Shown here: piece after piece, positions 49,174-59,190 of the stretch
Numbering within the stretch: position 1 is the stretch's first letter
Layout: the number at the start of each line of letters is the position of its first letter
Position numbers and translations under genes: made by a program
The notes under the pieces: generated by a model
Told to the model about the DNA's origin: nothing
The model's database searches: none
The model's input: only the letters and a program-made list of their open reading frames with translations
Assembly: GCA_963830365.1 (NCBI GenBank)
Contig: CAWHMU010000033.1
Span: 1 to 64,000, forward strand
Source: an uncultured Chlamydiae bacterium
GTDB taxonomy: Bacteria > Chlamydiota > Chlamydiia > Chlamydiales > Parachlamydiaceae
Length of the DNA: 64,000 bases
Reading direction: 5' to 3'

Positions 49174-50415
49174 ATGGAGGGTGTTATGAGCATACCAACC
49201 GGCGGCAGCCCTGGTTTTCAGCCCGTTCCCATGGGACAAATACCCGTGGGAGGCCAAGAAAGTAAAGGGGCAACTGTTTCATCTGGTAAAATCGATACCC
49301 AAAGTGCCAAGATTCAGCAGGATATGAACGAAGTTATAAACTATTTAGATAAGCTGTGTTCCGGAGGCAGCGGGTTTCGAGAACAAGATGCCATAAATAG
49401 CCGACTCAAAGATTTGAATATTGAAGGTTTACAATACTTCGCTAGCCCCGATACTTATTTTTTCTCAAAGCCAGATGATGCTGGAGGTTTTCTCATAGGA
49501 AGTGGAAACTTTAATGTACCCATAGATTTTGATAAAGGTGCCGAGAAGATATATGATATCCATATAAAAGCGGATCAAGTGCAGAATTTTATAGATTCAG
49601 TATATGGAAAAACTCCGGCCACAAACTCACCCACCACAGCGTCAACCTCAACGCCAAGCCCGCCAGCGGCAGGTCATGGCCCTTCCAGCGCGTCCTTGTC
49701 CTCGCCCTTGAAGAATCCGGACGCCACCCATGCTTCATCAGGAGCCGAGGCAAAAGTAAAGTATGAAGCCGCCTTAGGGGGCTCAAATATAAAGTTTATA
49801 GAGAAACTTACGAAGGGTGATTTAACCTATGGTGAATTTAAAAATAATAGAGCTGAAGCCCAGAAGGCTTTAAATAGTTCGTCTAAGCTAGGGTTTGTAT
49901 TATATAAAAGTTCACTATCAACGCCAGATGCACCAAAGTTTGGCCTCTTATTGAACGAAAAATTGCAAGGGGGCGCCGACCCAACGTTACTCGACGGCAA
50001 GCAAAATCTTGAAAAGCAAATATATGATAAGGCTGTCTTTTTAAAATCTAAATTAGCAGGATCGGATAAAGTCTATTCAGAATTTCATAAATTTCTTTCT
50101 GAATCTAAGGATGTTATCACAAATATTAAAGCTGGATTTAAAGACGAAGGTCTGTCGGCCGGTGTGGCAAGTAGCGAGAAGTTTCTGGGTATGGCAATGG
50201 GTAAGGTGGTTGATAATTTAATCTCAAATTTTGGTAAATTAAGTCCGGAAGCGGTCAAGAACATGACCAATGATGACAAAGCTGTTATTCAAAAGATTGT
50301 CGATAATTGTGATAACGTAAATTATTATAGTCCAAGTAACGATGATGTGAAGAGTTTAAAAGGCATATGTATGGCTTTAAAATTAGATCAAACAAACTTG
50401 CCTGATATCGATTAG
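49174..50415 (+). CDS. Hypothetical effector-like protein (P/G/S-rich N-terminus, S/T/P linker, SH2-like segment)
   Basis: 413-aa ORF with GGAGG RBS before ATG 49186; AT-rich coding. Confidence 0.7.
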   Translation: MEGVMSIPTGGSPGFQPVPMGQIPVGGQESKGATVSSGKIDTQSAKIQQDMNEVINYLDKLCSGGSGFREQDAINSRLKDLNIEGLQYFASPDTYFFSKPDDAGGFLIGSGNFNVPIDFDKGAEKIYDIHIKADQVQNFIDSVYGKTPATNSPTTASTSTPSPPAAGHGPSSASLSSPLKNPDATHASSGAEAKVKYEAALGGSNIKFIEKLTKGDLTYGEFKNNRAEAQKALNSSSKLGFVLYKSSLSTPDAPKFGLLLNEKLQGGADPTLLDGKQNLEKQIYDKAVFLKSKLAGSDKVYSEFHKFLSESKDVITNIKAGFKDEGLSAGVASSEKFLGMAMGKVVDNLISNFGKLSPEAVKNMTNDDKAVIQKIVDNCDNVNYYSPSNDDVKSLKGICMALKLDQTNLPDID

Positions 50416-50503
50416 TCGCAAGCTTATAATTCTGATGATGGTTAGGTTGGAAGATCGGCGTCAAGATCGGGTGTCAGATCTGACATCCTGACATCCGTGT
50501 GAT

Positions 50504-50540
50504 AAAAAAATCCCGGGAAGAAATTCACGGGATTTTTTTG
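50504..50540. terminator. Bidirectional terminator
   Basis: AAAAAAATCCCG-N12-CGGGATTTTTTT between convergent genes. Confidence 0.75.
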
Positions 50541-50688
50541 TTTTATGGGGGGCTCTTAAACGAGAATTGCGGACGATGCGGACAGGAGCGGACGAGGCGG
50601 ACAATTGATGGACTGATGCGATGTCCATATAGTCCATGCTTGGTCCATTTTTCGTCCGCTAAGTCTGCCTGCCCTCCGCTGTTCTGTT

Positions 50689-51351
50689 TTAGTTGAGCGG
50701 GTGTCCCCATGCTCCCGAAAAGAAATTGTTTTCCACAGGCAGGCGCGTGCGCGGCTCATCGTCAGTTGCTGCCTGGGTATCTTCATAGCCGATGGCGATG
50801 ACGGCCAGCGGGGTGTAGCCGGCGGGTAGCTGGAAATCTTGCTGGATGGCTTGGGCGTCAAAACCGCCGATTTGATGGGCCATCAGGCCGATGTCGGCGG
50901 CTTGCAGCGACATGGCCAATGCGGCCGCGCCGGTGTCGTAGTGGGCCCACTCGTTAGCTTCGCCATTATAGCGGAATTCGGTGCGGGCGATGACGACCAC
51001 AAAGAGAGCGACATTCTCAGTCCAATCCTGGCCGTAGATGCTGTCGGCAACTTTTAGATAGGCTTCGGTATTTGCGAACCGGTCACAGAAGATGAAATTC
51101 CAGGGTTGGTCGTTAAAGCTGGAAGGGGTCCAGCGGGCAGACTGGATGAGGGCTTGGAGCTGCTCTTGCTCCACAGGGTGGCTGACAAAATTTTTGCCGC
51201 TATGTCTTTTAATGAATATTTCCGATAGCAAGTTGGAATTGTCATATAACGCTCTTGAGGCTGTGCCGCCATCCGTCGTGGTTGCAGCGGGCAGTGTAGC
51301 AGAGCAGGCTATTGCTAAACAAAAGAGTATTTTTACTATAATTTTCTGCAT
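50689..51351 (-). CDS. Nitroreductase-family protein with N-terminal signal peptide
   Basis: RHS, ARWTPSSFNDQPWNF, YDTGAA, HQIGGFD, IAIGY, R.R. N-terminus MQKIIVKILFCLAIACSATLPA. Confidence 0.9.
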   Translation of the reverse strand: MQKIIVKILFCLAIACSATLPAATTTDGGTASRALYDNSNLLSEIFIKRHSGKNFVSHPVEQEQLQALIQSARWTPSSFNDQPWNFIFCDRFANTEAYLKVADSIYGQDWTENVALFVVVIARTEFRYNGEANEWAHYDTGAAALAMSLQAADIGLMAHQIGGFDAQAIQQDFQLPAGYTPLAVIAIGYEDTQAATDDEPRTRLPVENNFFSGAWGHPLN

Positions 51352-51389
51352 TGTCTTTCCTTTATTATATGGATTTTAACAATCATCGA

Positions 51390-51566
51390 TTACTTTTTAG
51401 GTTTCGTCGCTTTGCTGGCACAGTCGAAGAGATCATTCATTTTAAAGCTTTTGGCTTTCGTAAACGTATCGTAGGCAGATGACAAGATGGTTTTGTTGGA
51501 CGCACTGAAAAGAGAAGTTGAAATAAGGCCGGCACTGACGATTAGTATTAGATAAATTCTGTTCAT
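51390..51566 (-). CDS. Small exported protein (58 aa) with flavinylation-like motif
   Basis: Read manually: GGAG RBS, then MNRIYLILIVSAGLISTSLFSASNKTILSSAYDTFTKAKSFKMNDLFDCASKATKPKK. Confidence 0.7.
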   Translation of the reverse strand: MNRIYLILIVSAGLISTSLFSASNKTILSSAYDTFTKAKSFKMNDLFDCASKATKPKK

Positions 51567-51702
51567 TAGATTAACTCCAGTTAATATTATTAAGGTATAT
51601 AGACTGTAAAAGCTTATATATTATTTAATCGCGGAATTAAAATCAATTTATTTATTATGGTGAATGTGTTATGCTTGAAAATTAAACTAACAAAATGGTT
51701 TG

Positions 51703-52722
51703 CTGATGATAGATTCAAAGATGTTTAAGTTTGTGGTTGTTTGCATTTTATTGCTGCTGATTGTGAGCAAAATACCTGTGCACCATACAGACATAAGTCA
51801 GGTGCATACTTTTGACGGCCGTGAGATGACCATCGACTATCGCATTATTGTCGGGATGAATGAAGATGACCGGCCTGAGCTTGATGGGATCATCAGCCGC
51901 ACCTTTGGGGAAATCGACCGCATTTACAATAAATGGAATCCCCATTCCGAAGTTTCGAAGCTTAATCGCTTACGTGCGCATGAGGTAGCTGCCATCTCGC
52001 CCGAGCTTGAGACTTTTTTGCAGATGACAGCAGAGATGGTTAATTTGAGCGGCGGGCGCTTTGATCCGACTATTGAACCGCTGCAACAAATTTGGAAGGA
52101 TCACCTGGAGCTGGGAAAAATCCCTTCTCAGCAAGTCATTCAAGACATCTTGCCAGTCGTTGGCTGGGATAAGCTGCATTTTGGTCGGGGTGAATTTTAC
52201 AAGGATCATGATATGACAAGCTTTGATCTTGGCGGCATTGCCAAAGGCTATTGTGTCGATCTGCTCCTCGAAAGGATCGTGGCGGCCGGTTTTGACAATG
52301 TCCTGGTCGAGTGGGGAGGGGAGATCCGCGCTCACGGCAGGCATCCCGATGAGCGCCCCTGGCGAGTTTTTGTCGGGCGCTTTGATGACGGCGACCCACA
52401 GCATGCCATCACCCATCTCGGCTTAACTAATCAGGCCATCGCCACTAGCGGCGATTATCTGCAAAATTGGAGTGTGGTCGAGGATGGTGCTGAAACCGTC
52501 TATTATCACATCATCGATCCCTTGACGGCCCAGCCGCTGTCATCGACCATGGCAAGCGTTGCCAGCGCCACGGTCGTCGCCCCCACCTGTGTGCAAGCCG
52601 ACGCCTTGGCAACCGTAGCCATGATGCATCCTTCCCTCGCTGTCGCAAGAGCATGGGCCGATAGGATCAGTCAACAAAACCCCGCCATCAAATTCTGGCT
52701 CATTTCACGTGAGGAACAGTGA
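51703..52722 (+). CDS. apbE: FAD:protein FMN transferase
   Basis: FDPTI, DLGGIAKGY, GGEI, ATSGDY, HIIDP, ADALAT; N-terminal membrane anchor. Start uncertain (51700-51721). Confidence 0.93.
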   Translation: MMIDSKMFKFVVVCILLLLIVSKIPVHHTDISQVHTFDGREMTIDYRIIVGMNEDDRPELDGIISRTFGEIDRIYNKWNPHSEVSKLNRLRAHEVAAISPELETFLQMTAEMVNLSGGRFDPTIEPLQQIWKDHLELGKIPSQQVIQDILPVVGWDKLHFGRGEFYKDHDMTSFDLGGIAKGYCVDLLLERIVAAGFDNVLVEWGGEIRAHGRHPDERPWRVFVGRFDDGDPQHAITHLGLTNQAIATSGDYLQNWSVVEDGAETVYYHIIDPLTAQPLSSTMASVASATVVAPTCVQADALATVAMMHPSLAVARAWADRISQQNPAIKFWLISREEQ

Positions 52723-53181
52723 ATGATACATGCTGAATAATGTAATGTATTGATAATAAGCTGTTCGGGTGTTTATTTAGCAGGCTTGCCAGTCGGTCGG
52801 TGGTTTTATAAACTGTCATGGATCAACGGGTTGCGCAAATCGTGCATATTGCGTGCATTGTTGGTTTTTCGAAGGTAAGACGCTAAACATTAACCACTAG
52901 ACGCTATTTTCAATCGTTCTACCCCGTAGTTATTAGTGCAACTGAAAAGTACAGGATCTAATCATGCCGAGCATAAAATATTTGTCTAATGACCGTCGGT
53001 AATGACAAGTTATTGTTTCCTCTCTAAATTCTTATCAATTTTTATGATTAATTAAATAAATCATTAAGTGAAAAGTTAAGGTTTTAAAATATTCATAAAT
53101 TTATTTAATTTGCTTTTAAGCTGTTTTTTTTCATATCTTCTTCCACAACCATCTCTAACCCTGTTTAAGCCTAGGAAATCT

Positions 53182-56100
53182 ATGATCAATCTCGAAGATC
53201 TAATGCCGAATACTACGGTTCCGGGACTCTTGCCAGCTAACGTGCAACCTGGAGGCTCGGTTTGTGAAGGCGAACCATATCAGCAATTTTCACAAAATGA
53301 TTCAATCGCCGCCGCCGCTGTTTTCTTGCACCGCATGTTGGGGCAAGACGATCTTGTATTTCAGTGCGCAGAGAAATATGTGCACAGCCGGATCTACGCG
53401 GATATGAACTTTGTGGAGTTGCGGGAAGCGCTGGTTTCTTGTGAGCCAAGAGAAATCGTAGCGCAGGTGCTAGGCTTTGCACCATTCCAGGTTAATGTGT
53501 TGAATGGAAATTACGATCAATCGATGATGCAATGGTGGCCAGGACATTTCGAAAAAATTTGTGCGACATTGGCGAAAACTTCTGATTTGCCGATCAAACG
53601 CTTTTGCTTTATGGACGATACAGAGCGCGAATTGGTGGTTAATACTTGGAACCAAACACAATGGGATTTTCCCGACTGGAAAATGCTCCACGAATTCATC
53701 GAAGAGAAATGTCAAGAGGCGCCCCATCGGGAAGCTGTGCGTTTTGCAGGTCGAGGGATTACCTACGAGGAACTTAATGCCAGAGCAAATCAACTGGCAC
53801 ATAGCCTACGCTCCGAAGGGATAGGTAGAGATAGCCTAGTAACTATCTGCATGGACCGTTCGATCGAATTGGTGGTCGGCCTTCTTGCCATCTTAAAAGC
53901 CGGCGGCGCTTATGTCCCGATGGATCCAAGCTATCCCGAAGAGCGACTGCTCTATATCCTCGCTGATTCCCAATCGAAAGTATTGCTTACGCAAAGATCC
54001 TTTGCGCCCCGCTTCGCTGATACAGCTGAAAAGGTGATCTTCATCGATCAGGCCGAAGATCTTTCATGTTACAGTAAAGAAAACCCGGAAATCATTAACA
54101 CTGCTGACGACCTCTGCTATGTGATTTACACATCAGGGTCCACAGGCAAGCCAAAGGGGGCTGGGAACATACATAAAGGCGTTGTCAACAGAATTTTATG
54201 GATGCATGATCAATACCGTTTGGATATTTCAGACCGCGTGCTGCAGAAAACACCATTCGGTTTTGATGTGTCGGTATGGGAATTCTTTTGGCCTTTGATG
54301 GCAGGGGCGACATTGGTCATGGCAGAACCTGAAATTCATAAGGACGCAGAAGCCTTGGCCAGCTTGATCGAGCGGGAAAAGATTGCCATCCTGCATTTCG
54401 TTCCTTCCATGCTCGATCTGTTTTTGGAGGCCGATGTCTCTGCAAAATGCGGCTCTTTGAAAAAGGTGTTTACTAGCGGAGAAGCTCTTTCTAAAGATAT
54501 TGAGAAGCGTTTTTTTAATATACTGTCTGCCGAACTGCATAATTTGTATGGCCCTACGGAAGCCTCAATTGATGTGACTTATTGGCGTTGCCAGCCGCAT
54601 GATGCACACATGACAGTCCCCATCGGCTATCCAATAGCAAATACTCAAATCTATATTCTCGACGAGTTTTTGCAACCCGCACCGATCGGTAGTCCCGGAG
54701 AGCTTTATATAGGCGGTACGGGGCTTGCCAGAGGCTATAGTAACCGTCCGGAATTGACGCAAGAGAAGTTCATTGCACATCCGTTCCAAGCAAACGCGCG
54801 TGTATACCGTACAGGCGATTTATGCCGTTTTCTAGGGGATGGCGCGATAGAATATATTGGCAGAATCGATCATCAGATTAAGCTGCGAGGGTTCCGCATC
54901 GAGCTTGGCGAAATCGAAACAGCGCTTCGCAAACACCCCCAAGTCAAAAGCGTGGCTGTCATCGCACGTGAAGATGTCCCGGGGCAAAAGTACTTGGCTG
55001 CTTACATTGTATCTTTGGATCAATCTATAGAGGCTGAGCTGATTTCACGGCTCCAATGTTCGCTGCCTGAATATATGGTGCCAAGCGCCTTTGTTTTCCT
55101 GCCAATTCTGCCCCTGAGTCCAAATGGAAAATTGGATGTCAAAAATCTACCCAAACCAAAAGAACAAGGGCACAGATCGGAAGTGCCCGTCGTCTTACCC
55201 AGAAATGTGTTGGAGTCGACCCTGCGCGAGGTCTGGCGCGAAGTGCTTGGGATTCAAAATGTCTGCATTCGCAACGGCTTTTTTTCACTCGGCGGCCACT
55301 CCCTGAAAGCCATGCAACTCGTATTGCGGATTAAACGGAAGCTTAACAAGCCGATCTCGTTGCCCGAAATTTTCTCCCACCCAACGATCGAACAGCAAGC
55401 CGAGCTGCTCCAAAGCAGGGAAGAGAATGATGCCAAGGAACAGGGATTGCACAGCGACCCTGTCAATCGTTGGGAGCCATTTCTTCTGACAGATATCCAA
55501 AAGGCATACCTCATCGGCAGAACCGAGGCTTTTTCGCTAGGCGGTATCTGGTCCCATGTTTATGCCGAGAATGTCCGCGGCCAAATAGATCTTCCCCGTT
55601 TGGAAAATGCTCTCAACCTGTTGATCCAGCGCCACGATATGCTAAGAGCCGTCATTCTGGAAGATGGCACGCAGCGTGTGCTAATCCAAACTCCGCGCTA
55701 TCGGATCAGAGAGGAACAAAAGGAAAAAGAACAGGTCCGCGAAGAAATGAGGTCAAAGCAATGGCGATCAGACGCCTGGCCTCTTTTTGATGTCCGGGTT
55801 TCAAACGATCGAGTCCATTTCCTGTTCGACCTCTTAATTGCCGATGGAACAGGGTTGGAAATTATTTTTGAAGAACTTTCCAGGCTCTATGATAACAAAA
55901 AAATGGATCTTCCTCCGCTGAAAATCACCTATCGCGATTGCATTCTGGCAATGGCAGCGCAAGAGCATGAAAAAGCCAGAAAATATTGGTTTAACCGTAT
56001 AGACACCCTTCCGGATGCGCCGGAACTTCCTGTACGCAATTCTGCTCAGGCAGGTCCATTTATGCGCCACAAAGGAGAGCTTTCAGCCAAGGAATGGAAA

Positions 56101-59100
56101 GCTGTCCAGCAACGGGCTGCCAATGCCGGTGTAAGCCCTGCGGCCTATCTTGTGACACTTTATGGCGAAGCTATTAAAGCTTACAGCCGCTCGGCTCACT
56201 TCACACTGAATGTAATGTTCTTCAACAGGCCTCCACTCCATCCCGATATCGATCAGGTGGTAGGGAATTTTAGTACCACGCTCCTTCTGGAAATGGACTT
56301 AAGAGATCAAGGTTCCAAAGCGCAAAAGGTACAGCAGCAACTCTTGGAGGATCTGGATCATGCTGCTTTCAACGGCATCAAGGTCTTGAATGAAAAGAAC
56401 CGCCGGCAAGGGGGCTCAACGGCAGTTGCCATGCCCATTATTTTTGCCTGCGCGTTGAATTTAAGGCCTGAAAATGGTTCGTGCCGTGTGGGTCAGCGTT
56501 TCGAATGGTATGGTAAAACCGTTCCCTACAATCATCTGGAGACTCCCCAGGTGTTGCTCGACCACCAGGTTTTTGAGGAAAAAGACGGCAGCCTGTGTTT
56601 TCACTGGGATGTCCGCGACGGTCACTTTTGTCATGGCGTCATTGAAGCGATGTTCCAAATCTACCTGGATCTCCTCAAAGAAGAGAAAAATAGCAAGAGA
56701 CTTCCGCTGCATGGGCATAAGGAAATAGATCGTATTTCTCCGGCTCCGGCAGAAAAGTGTCTGCATGAGGCGTTTTTCGAGCGGGCCTTACAGCACCCTG
56801 AGCGGGCTGCCGTTATATCCCGTAAAAAATCATTGACTTACGGGCAGCTGGCGGCAACCTCCCTGCATCTTTCGGAACGTCTTGAAACGCTCTCACTGCA
56901 AGCCGATGACCACATAGCGATAATCATGGAAAAAGGATGGGAGCAGACTGCGGCCGTGTTAGGGATCCACGCAGCAGGGGCCGCCTATCTGCCTATCGAT
57001 TCAGCCCTTCCTGAAGCAAGGATCCGTAATATGCTTTCAATTAGCCAGGCCCGGGCGGCGATTTTGCAGCAACCCCTTCCTTTTGAAATCGATATTCCAT
57101 GTTTTTTTATCGAACTGAAGGAAAATGCAAAAGCCTTTACATGCAAGCAAGACCCTTCCGATCTCGCCTATACCATTTTCACCTCAGGCTCGACAGGAGT
57201 GCCGAAAGGCGTCATGATCGAGCATAAATGTGCTCTCAATACTATCGATGCCATTAACCGTAAATATGGTGTCAATGAAAACGATCGTTGCTTTGCTTCG
57301 GCATCCTTATCATTCGATCTCTCGGTCTATGATATTTTTGGGTTTCTCAGCATCGGGGCCTCCATGTATATTCCTGGAAATGAGGAGGATCCGACCACAT
57401 GGTTGCAAACGATCCAAAAGCATCAGATTACCATATGGAATTCCACACCTGCACTGGTGCAAATCCTGGCCGACCGGGCCGATCTGTATCCGCCGGAGAA
57501 GTCGACGGTGCGTGTTTTCATGATGAGCGGCGACTGGATCCCAGTTCCTCTCCCTGATCGCATCCGCAAGCATTTCTTGGCTGATGTTTATAGCTTAGGC
57601 GGCGCAACGGAGGCGTCGATCTGGTCAAATGACTATCCAATAGGTAAGGTCGATCTCTCTTGGCCAAGCATTCCTTATGGCAAGGCACTTGCCAATCAAA
57701 CGATGGTGGTGCTCGATGAGGAACTTGAACCGCGGTCTGTTTGGGCTACAGGGATGATCTATATCGGTGGCATAGGTTTGGCAAGGGGATATCTCAATGA
57801 TCCGGAAAAAACAGCCAAAAGTTTTATCGTTCAACCGCGGACAGGACAGCGCCTATATCGCACGGGAGATCTCGGGCGTCTGCATGAGGATGGCAACATC
57901 GAATTTTTAGGTCGCGAAGACTTGCAAGTTAAAGTGCAGGGATACCGAATCGAACTGGAAGAGATTGAATCTGCCATCTACCGCTATGAAGGTGTCAAGC
58001 AAGCTGCCGCCCGTATTGTTGGAAAAAAGAGCGAAGCTATAAGGATTGCAGCCTTTTTTACGGCCTCGACAGCGATTGAATCCTCTTTATTGGAAGGGCA
58101 TCTTGCGCAGCTGCTGCCCTCCTATATGATTCCCCATCAGCTGCTTCAGCTGGAAAGCTTCCCACTCAGCCCAAACGGAAAAGTCGATGTGCAAGCGCTT
58201 GTTTCCAAATTTTCCGGTTCGGCTGCCACTTCGAGAGTCTATGTGGCCCCAGAAGGGGCTCTTGAAGAGAGCATGGCCGAGATCTGGTCTTCGCTGCTCA
58301 ATCTGCCCAACATCGGCCGAAATGATAATTTCTTTGCCCTGGGAGGAACGTCATTTCTCGCCTTTCGCATGGTATTCCTTATGCAAAAGGAACTGGGGCT
58401 TGCCATTCCTATCGCGGCCCTTTTCCAAAAGGGGACAATTGCGGAATTGGCCCATCTTGGAGAAGTGCATGACGACCCCTCGTTTGTGCCGCTGCAGATG
58501 AAAGGGACAAAAGAACCTGTTTTTCTTGTCCACCCATCCGGCGGAGGGGTGCTTTGCTATACAGAACTCGCTTCACTTTTATCCGGCCGCCCCATCTATG
58601 CATTTCAGGCGCCCGGTTTGCTTGATGGGCGGATCGCCTTATCATCGATAGAAGCCATGGCGGAACACTACCTCAAAATTCTCTTAAAAAAACAACCGAA
58701 CGGTCCCTACTTTATCGGAGGGTGGTCCTTAGGGGGAGTGGTCGCGTTTGAAATGGCGCAGAGGTTGCAGAAGATGAACAAGGAACTTGCCCCTGTTCTC
58801 TTGATTGATTCACCTTCTCCTTATACTGGCAGCAATATACCCGATGCTGCTATGCTCTATCGCTGGTTTGAAGAAGATTATGGGGAAGCGTTATTAGTGT
58901 TTGATAAGGATACGAAGGAATCACTCTTCAAGGTCTTCTGTGCGCACTTGCTGGCGCTAAGAAACTACGGCCCGTCCAGGGCCCCCATCGATTTGATTCA
59001 GCTGAAGGCTGAAGTTGCCTCGGTGGAGCATTTAGAAAGGCATCCAGACAAAATGACTGCCGATTGGGGATGGAGCAGAATCAGCACGGGACGTATTGAA

Positions 59101-59190
59101 CACTATTCATTTGCGGCAACCCATGCCTCGATTCTCCAATCACCATGCGTGCAGGAGATTTCGGCAAAAATCGCTTCTATATGGGGATGA
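53182..59190 (+). CDS. Bimodular NRPS: truncated C - A(Ser) - T - Cy - A(Cys) - T - TE
   Basis: Two A domains (YTSGSTGKPKG, FTSGSTGVPKG); T domains GGHSL and GGTSF; Cy signatures PFLLTDIQKAYLIGR, DLLIADG, TPQVLLDHQ; TE GWSLGG. Hand-read specificity codes DVWHFSLIDK and DLYNMSLIWK. Confidence 0.93.
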   Translation: MINLEDLMPNTTVPGLLPANVQPGGSVCEGEPYQQFSQNDSIAAAAVFLHRMLGQDDLVFQCAEKYVHSRIYADMNFVELREALVSCEPREIVAQVLGFAPFQVNVLNGNYDQSMMQWWPGHFEKICATLAKTSDLPIKRFCFMDDTERELVVNTWNQTQWDFPDWKMLHEFIEEKCQEAPHREAVRFAGRGITYEELNARANQLAHSLRSEGIGRDSLVTICMDRSIELVVGLLAILKAGGAYVPMDPSYPEERLLYILADSQSKVLLTQRSFAPRFADTAEKVIFIDQAEDLSCYSKENPEIINTADDLCYVIYTSGSTGKPKGAGNIHKGVVNRILWMHDQYRLDISDRVLQKTPFGFDVSVWEFFWPLMAGATLVMAEPEIHKDAEALASLIEREKIAILHFVPSMLDLFLEADVSAKCGSLKKVFTSGEALSKDIEKRFFNILSAELHNLYGPTEASIDVTYWRCQPHDAHMTVPIGYPIANTQIYILDEFLQPAPIGSPGELYIGGTGLARGYSNRPELTQEKFIAHPFQANARVYRTGDLCRFLGDGAIEYIGRIDHQIKLRGFRIELGEIETALRKHPQVKSVAVIAREDVPGQKYLAAYIVSLDQSIEAELISRLQCSLPEYMVPSAFVFLPILPLSPNGKLDVKNLPKPKEQGHRSEVPVVLPRNVLESTLREVWREVLGIQNVCIRNGFFSLGGHSLKAMQLVLRIKRKLNKPISLPEIFSHPTIEQQAELLQSREENDAKEQGLHSDPVNRWEPFLLTDIQKAYLIGRTEAFSLGGIWSHVYAENVRGQIDLPRLENALNLLIQRHDMLRAVILEDGTQRVLIQTPRYRIREEQKEKEQVREEMRSKQWRSDAWPLFDVRVSNDRVHFLFDLLIADGTGLEIIFEELSRLYDNKKMDLPPLKITYRDCILAMAAQEHEKARKYWFNRIDTLPDAPELPVRNSAQAGPFMRHKGELSAKEWKAVQQRAANAGVSPAAYLVTLYGEAIKAYSRSAHFTLNVMFFNRPPLHPDIDQVVGNFSTTLLLEMDLRDQGSKAQKVQQQLLEDLDHAAFNGIKVLNEKNRRQGGSTAVAMPIIFACALNLRPENGSCRVGQRFEWYGKTVPYNHLETPQVLLDHQVFEEKDGSLCFHWDVRDGHFCHGVIEAMFQIYLDLLKEEKNSKRLPLHGHKEIDRISPAPAEKCLHEAFFERALQHPERAAVISRKKSLTYGQLAATSLHLSERLETLSLQADDHIAIIMEKGWEQTAAVLGIHAAGAAYLPIDSALPEARIRNMLSISQARAAILQQPLPFEIDIPCFFIELKENAKAFTCKQDPSDLAYTIFTSGSTGVPKGVMIEHKCALNTIDAINRKYGVNENDRCFASASLSFDLSVYDIFGFLSIGASMYIPGNEEDPTTWLQTIQKHQITIWNSTPALVQILADRADLYPPEKSTVRVFMMSGDWIPVPLPDRIRKHFLADVYSLGGATEASIWSNDYPIGKVDLSWPSIPYGKALANQTMVVLDEELEPRSVWATGMIYIGGIGLARGYLNDPEKTAKSFIVQPRTGQRLYRTGDLGRLHEDGNIEFLGREDLQVKVQGYRIELEEIESAIYRYEGVKQAAARIVGKKSEAIRIAAFFTASTAIESSLLEGHLAQLLPSYMIPHQLLQLESFPLSPNGKVDVQALVSKFSGSAATSRVYVAPEGALEESMAEIWSSLLNLPNIGRNDNFFALGGTSFLAFRMVFLMQKELGLAIPIAALFQKGTIAELAHLGEVHDDPSFVPLQMKGTKEPVFLVHPSGGGVLCYTELASLLSGRPIYAFQAPGLLDGRIALSSIEAMAEHYLKILLKKQPNGPYFIGGWSLGGVVAFEMAQRLQKMNKELAPVLLIDSPSPYTGSNIPDAAMLYRWFEEDYGEALLVFDKDTKESLFKVFCAHLLALRNYGPSRAPIDLIQLKAEVASVEHLERHPDKMTADWGWSRISTGRIEHYSFAATHASILQSPCVQEISAKIASIWG

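Noticed and set aside
53182..59190. Pyochelin/yersiniabactin-type siderophore
   Set aside because: The first A domain has a Ser-type rather than aryl-acid code. No salicylate synthase, reductase, methyltransferase or uptake genes are in the window.
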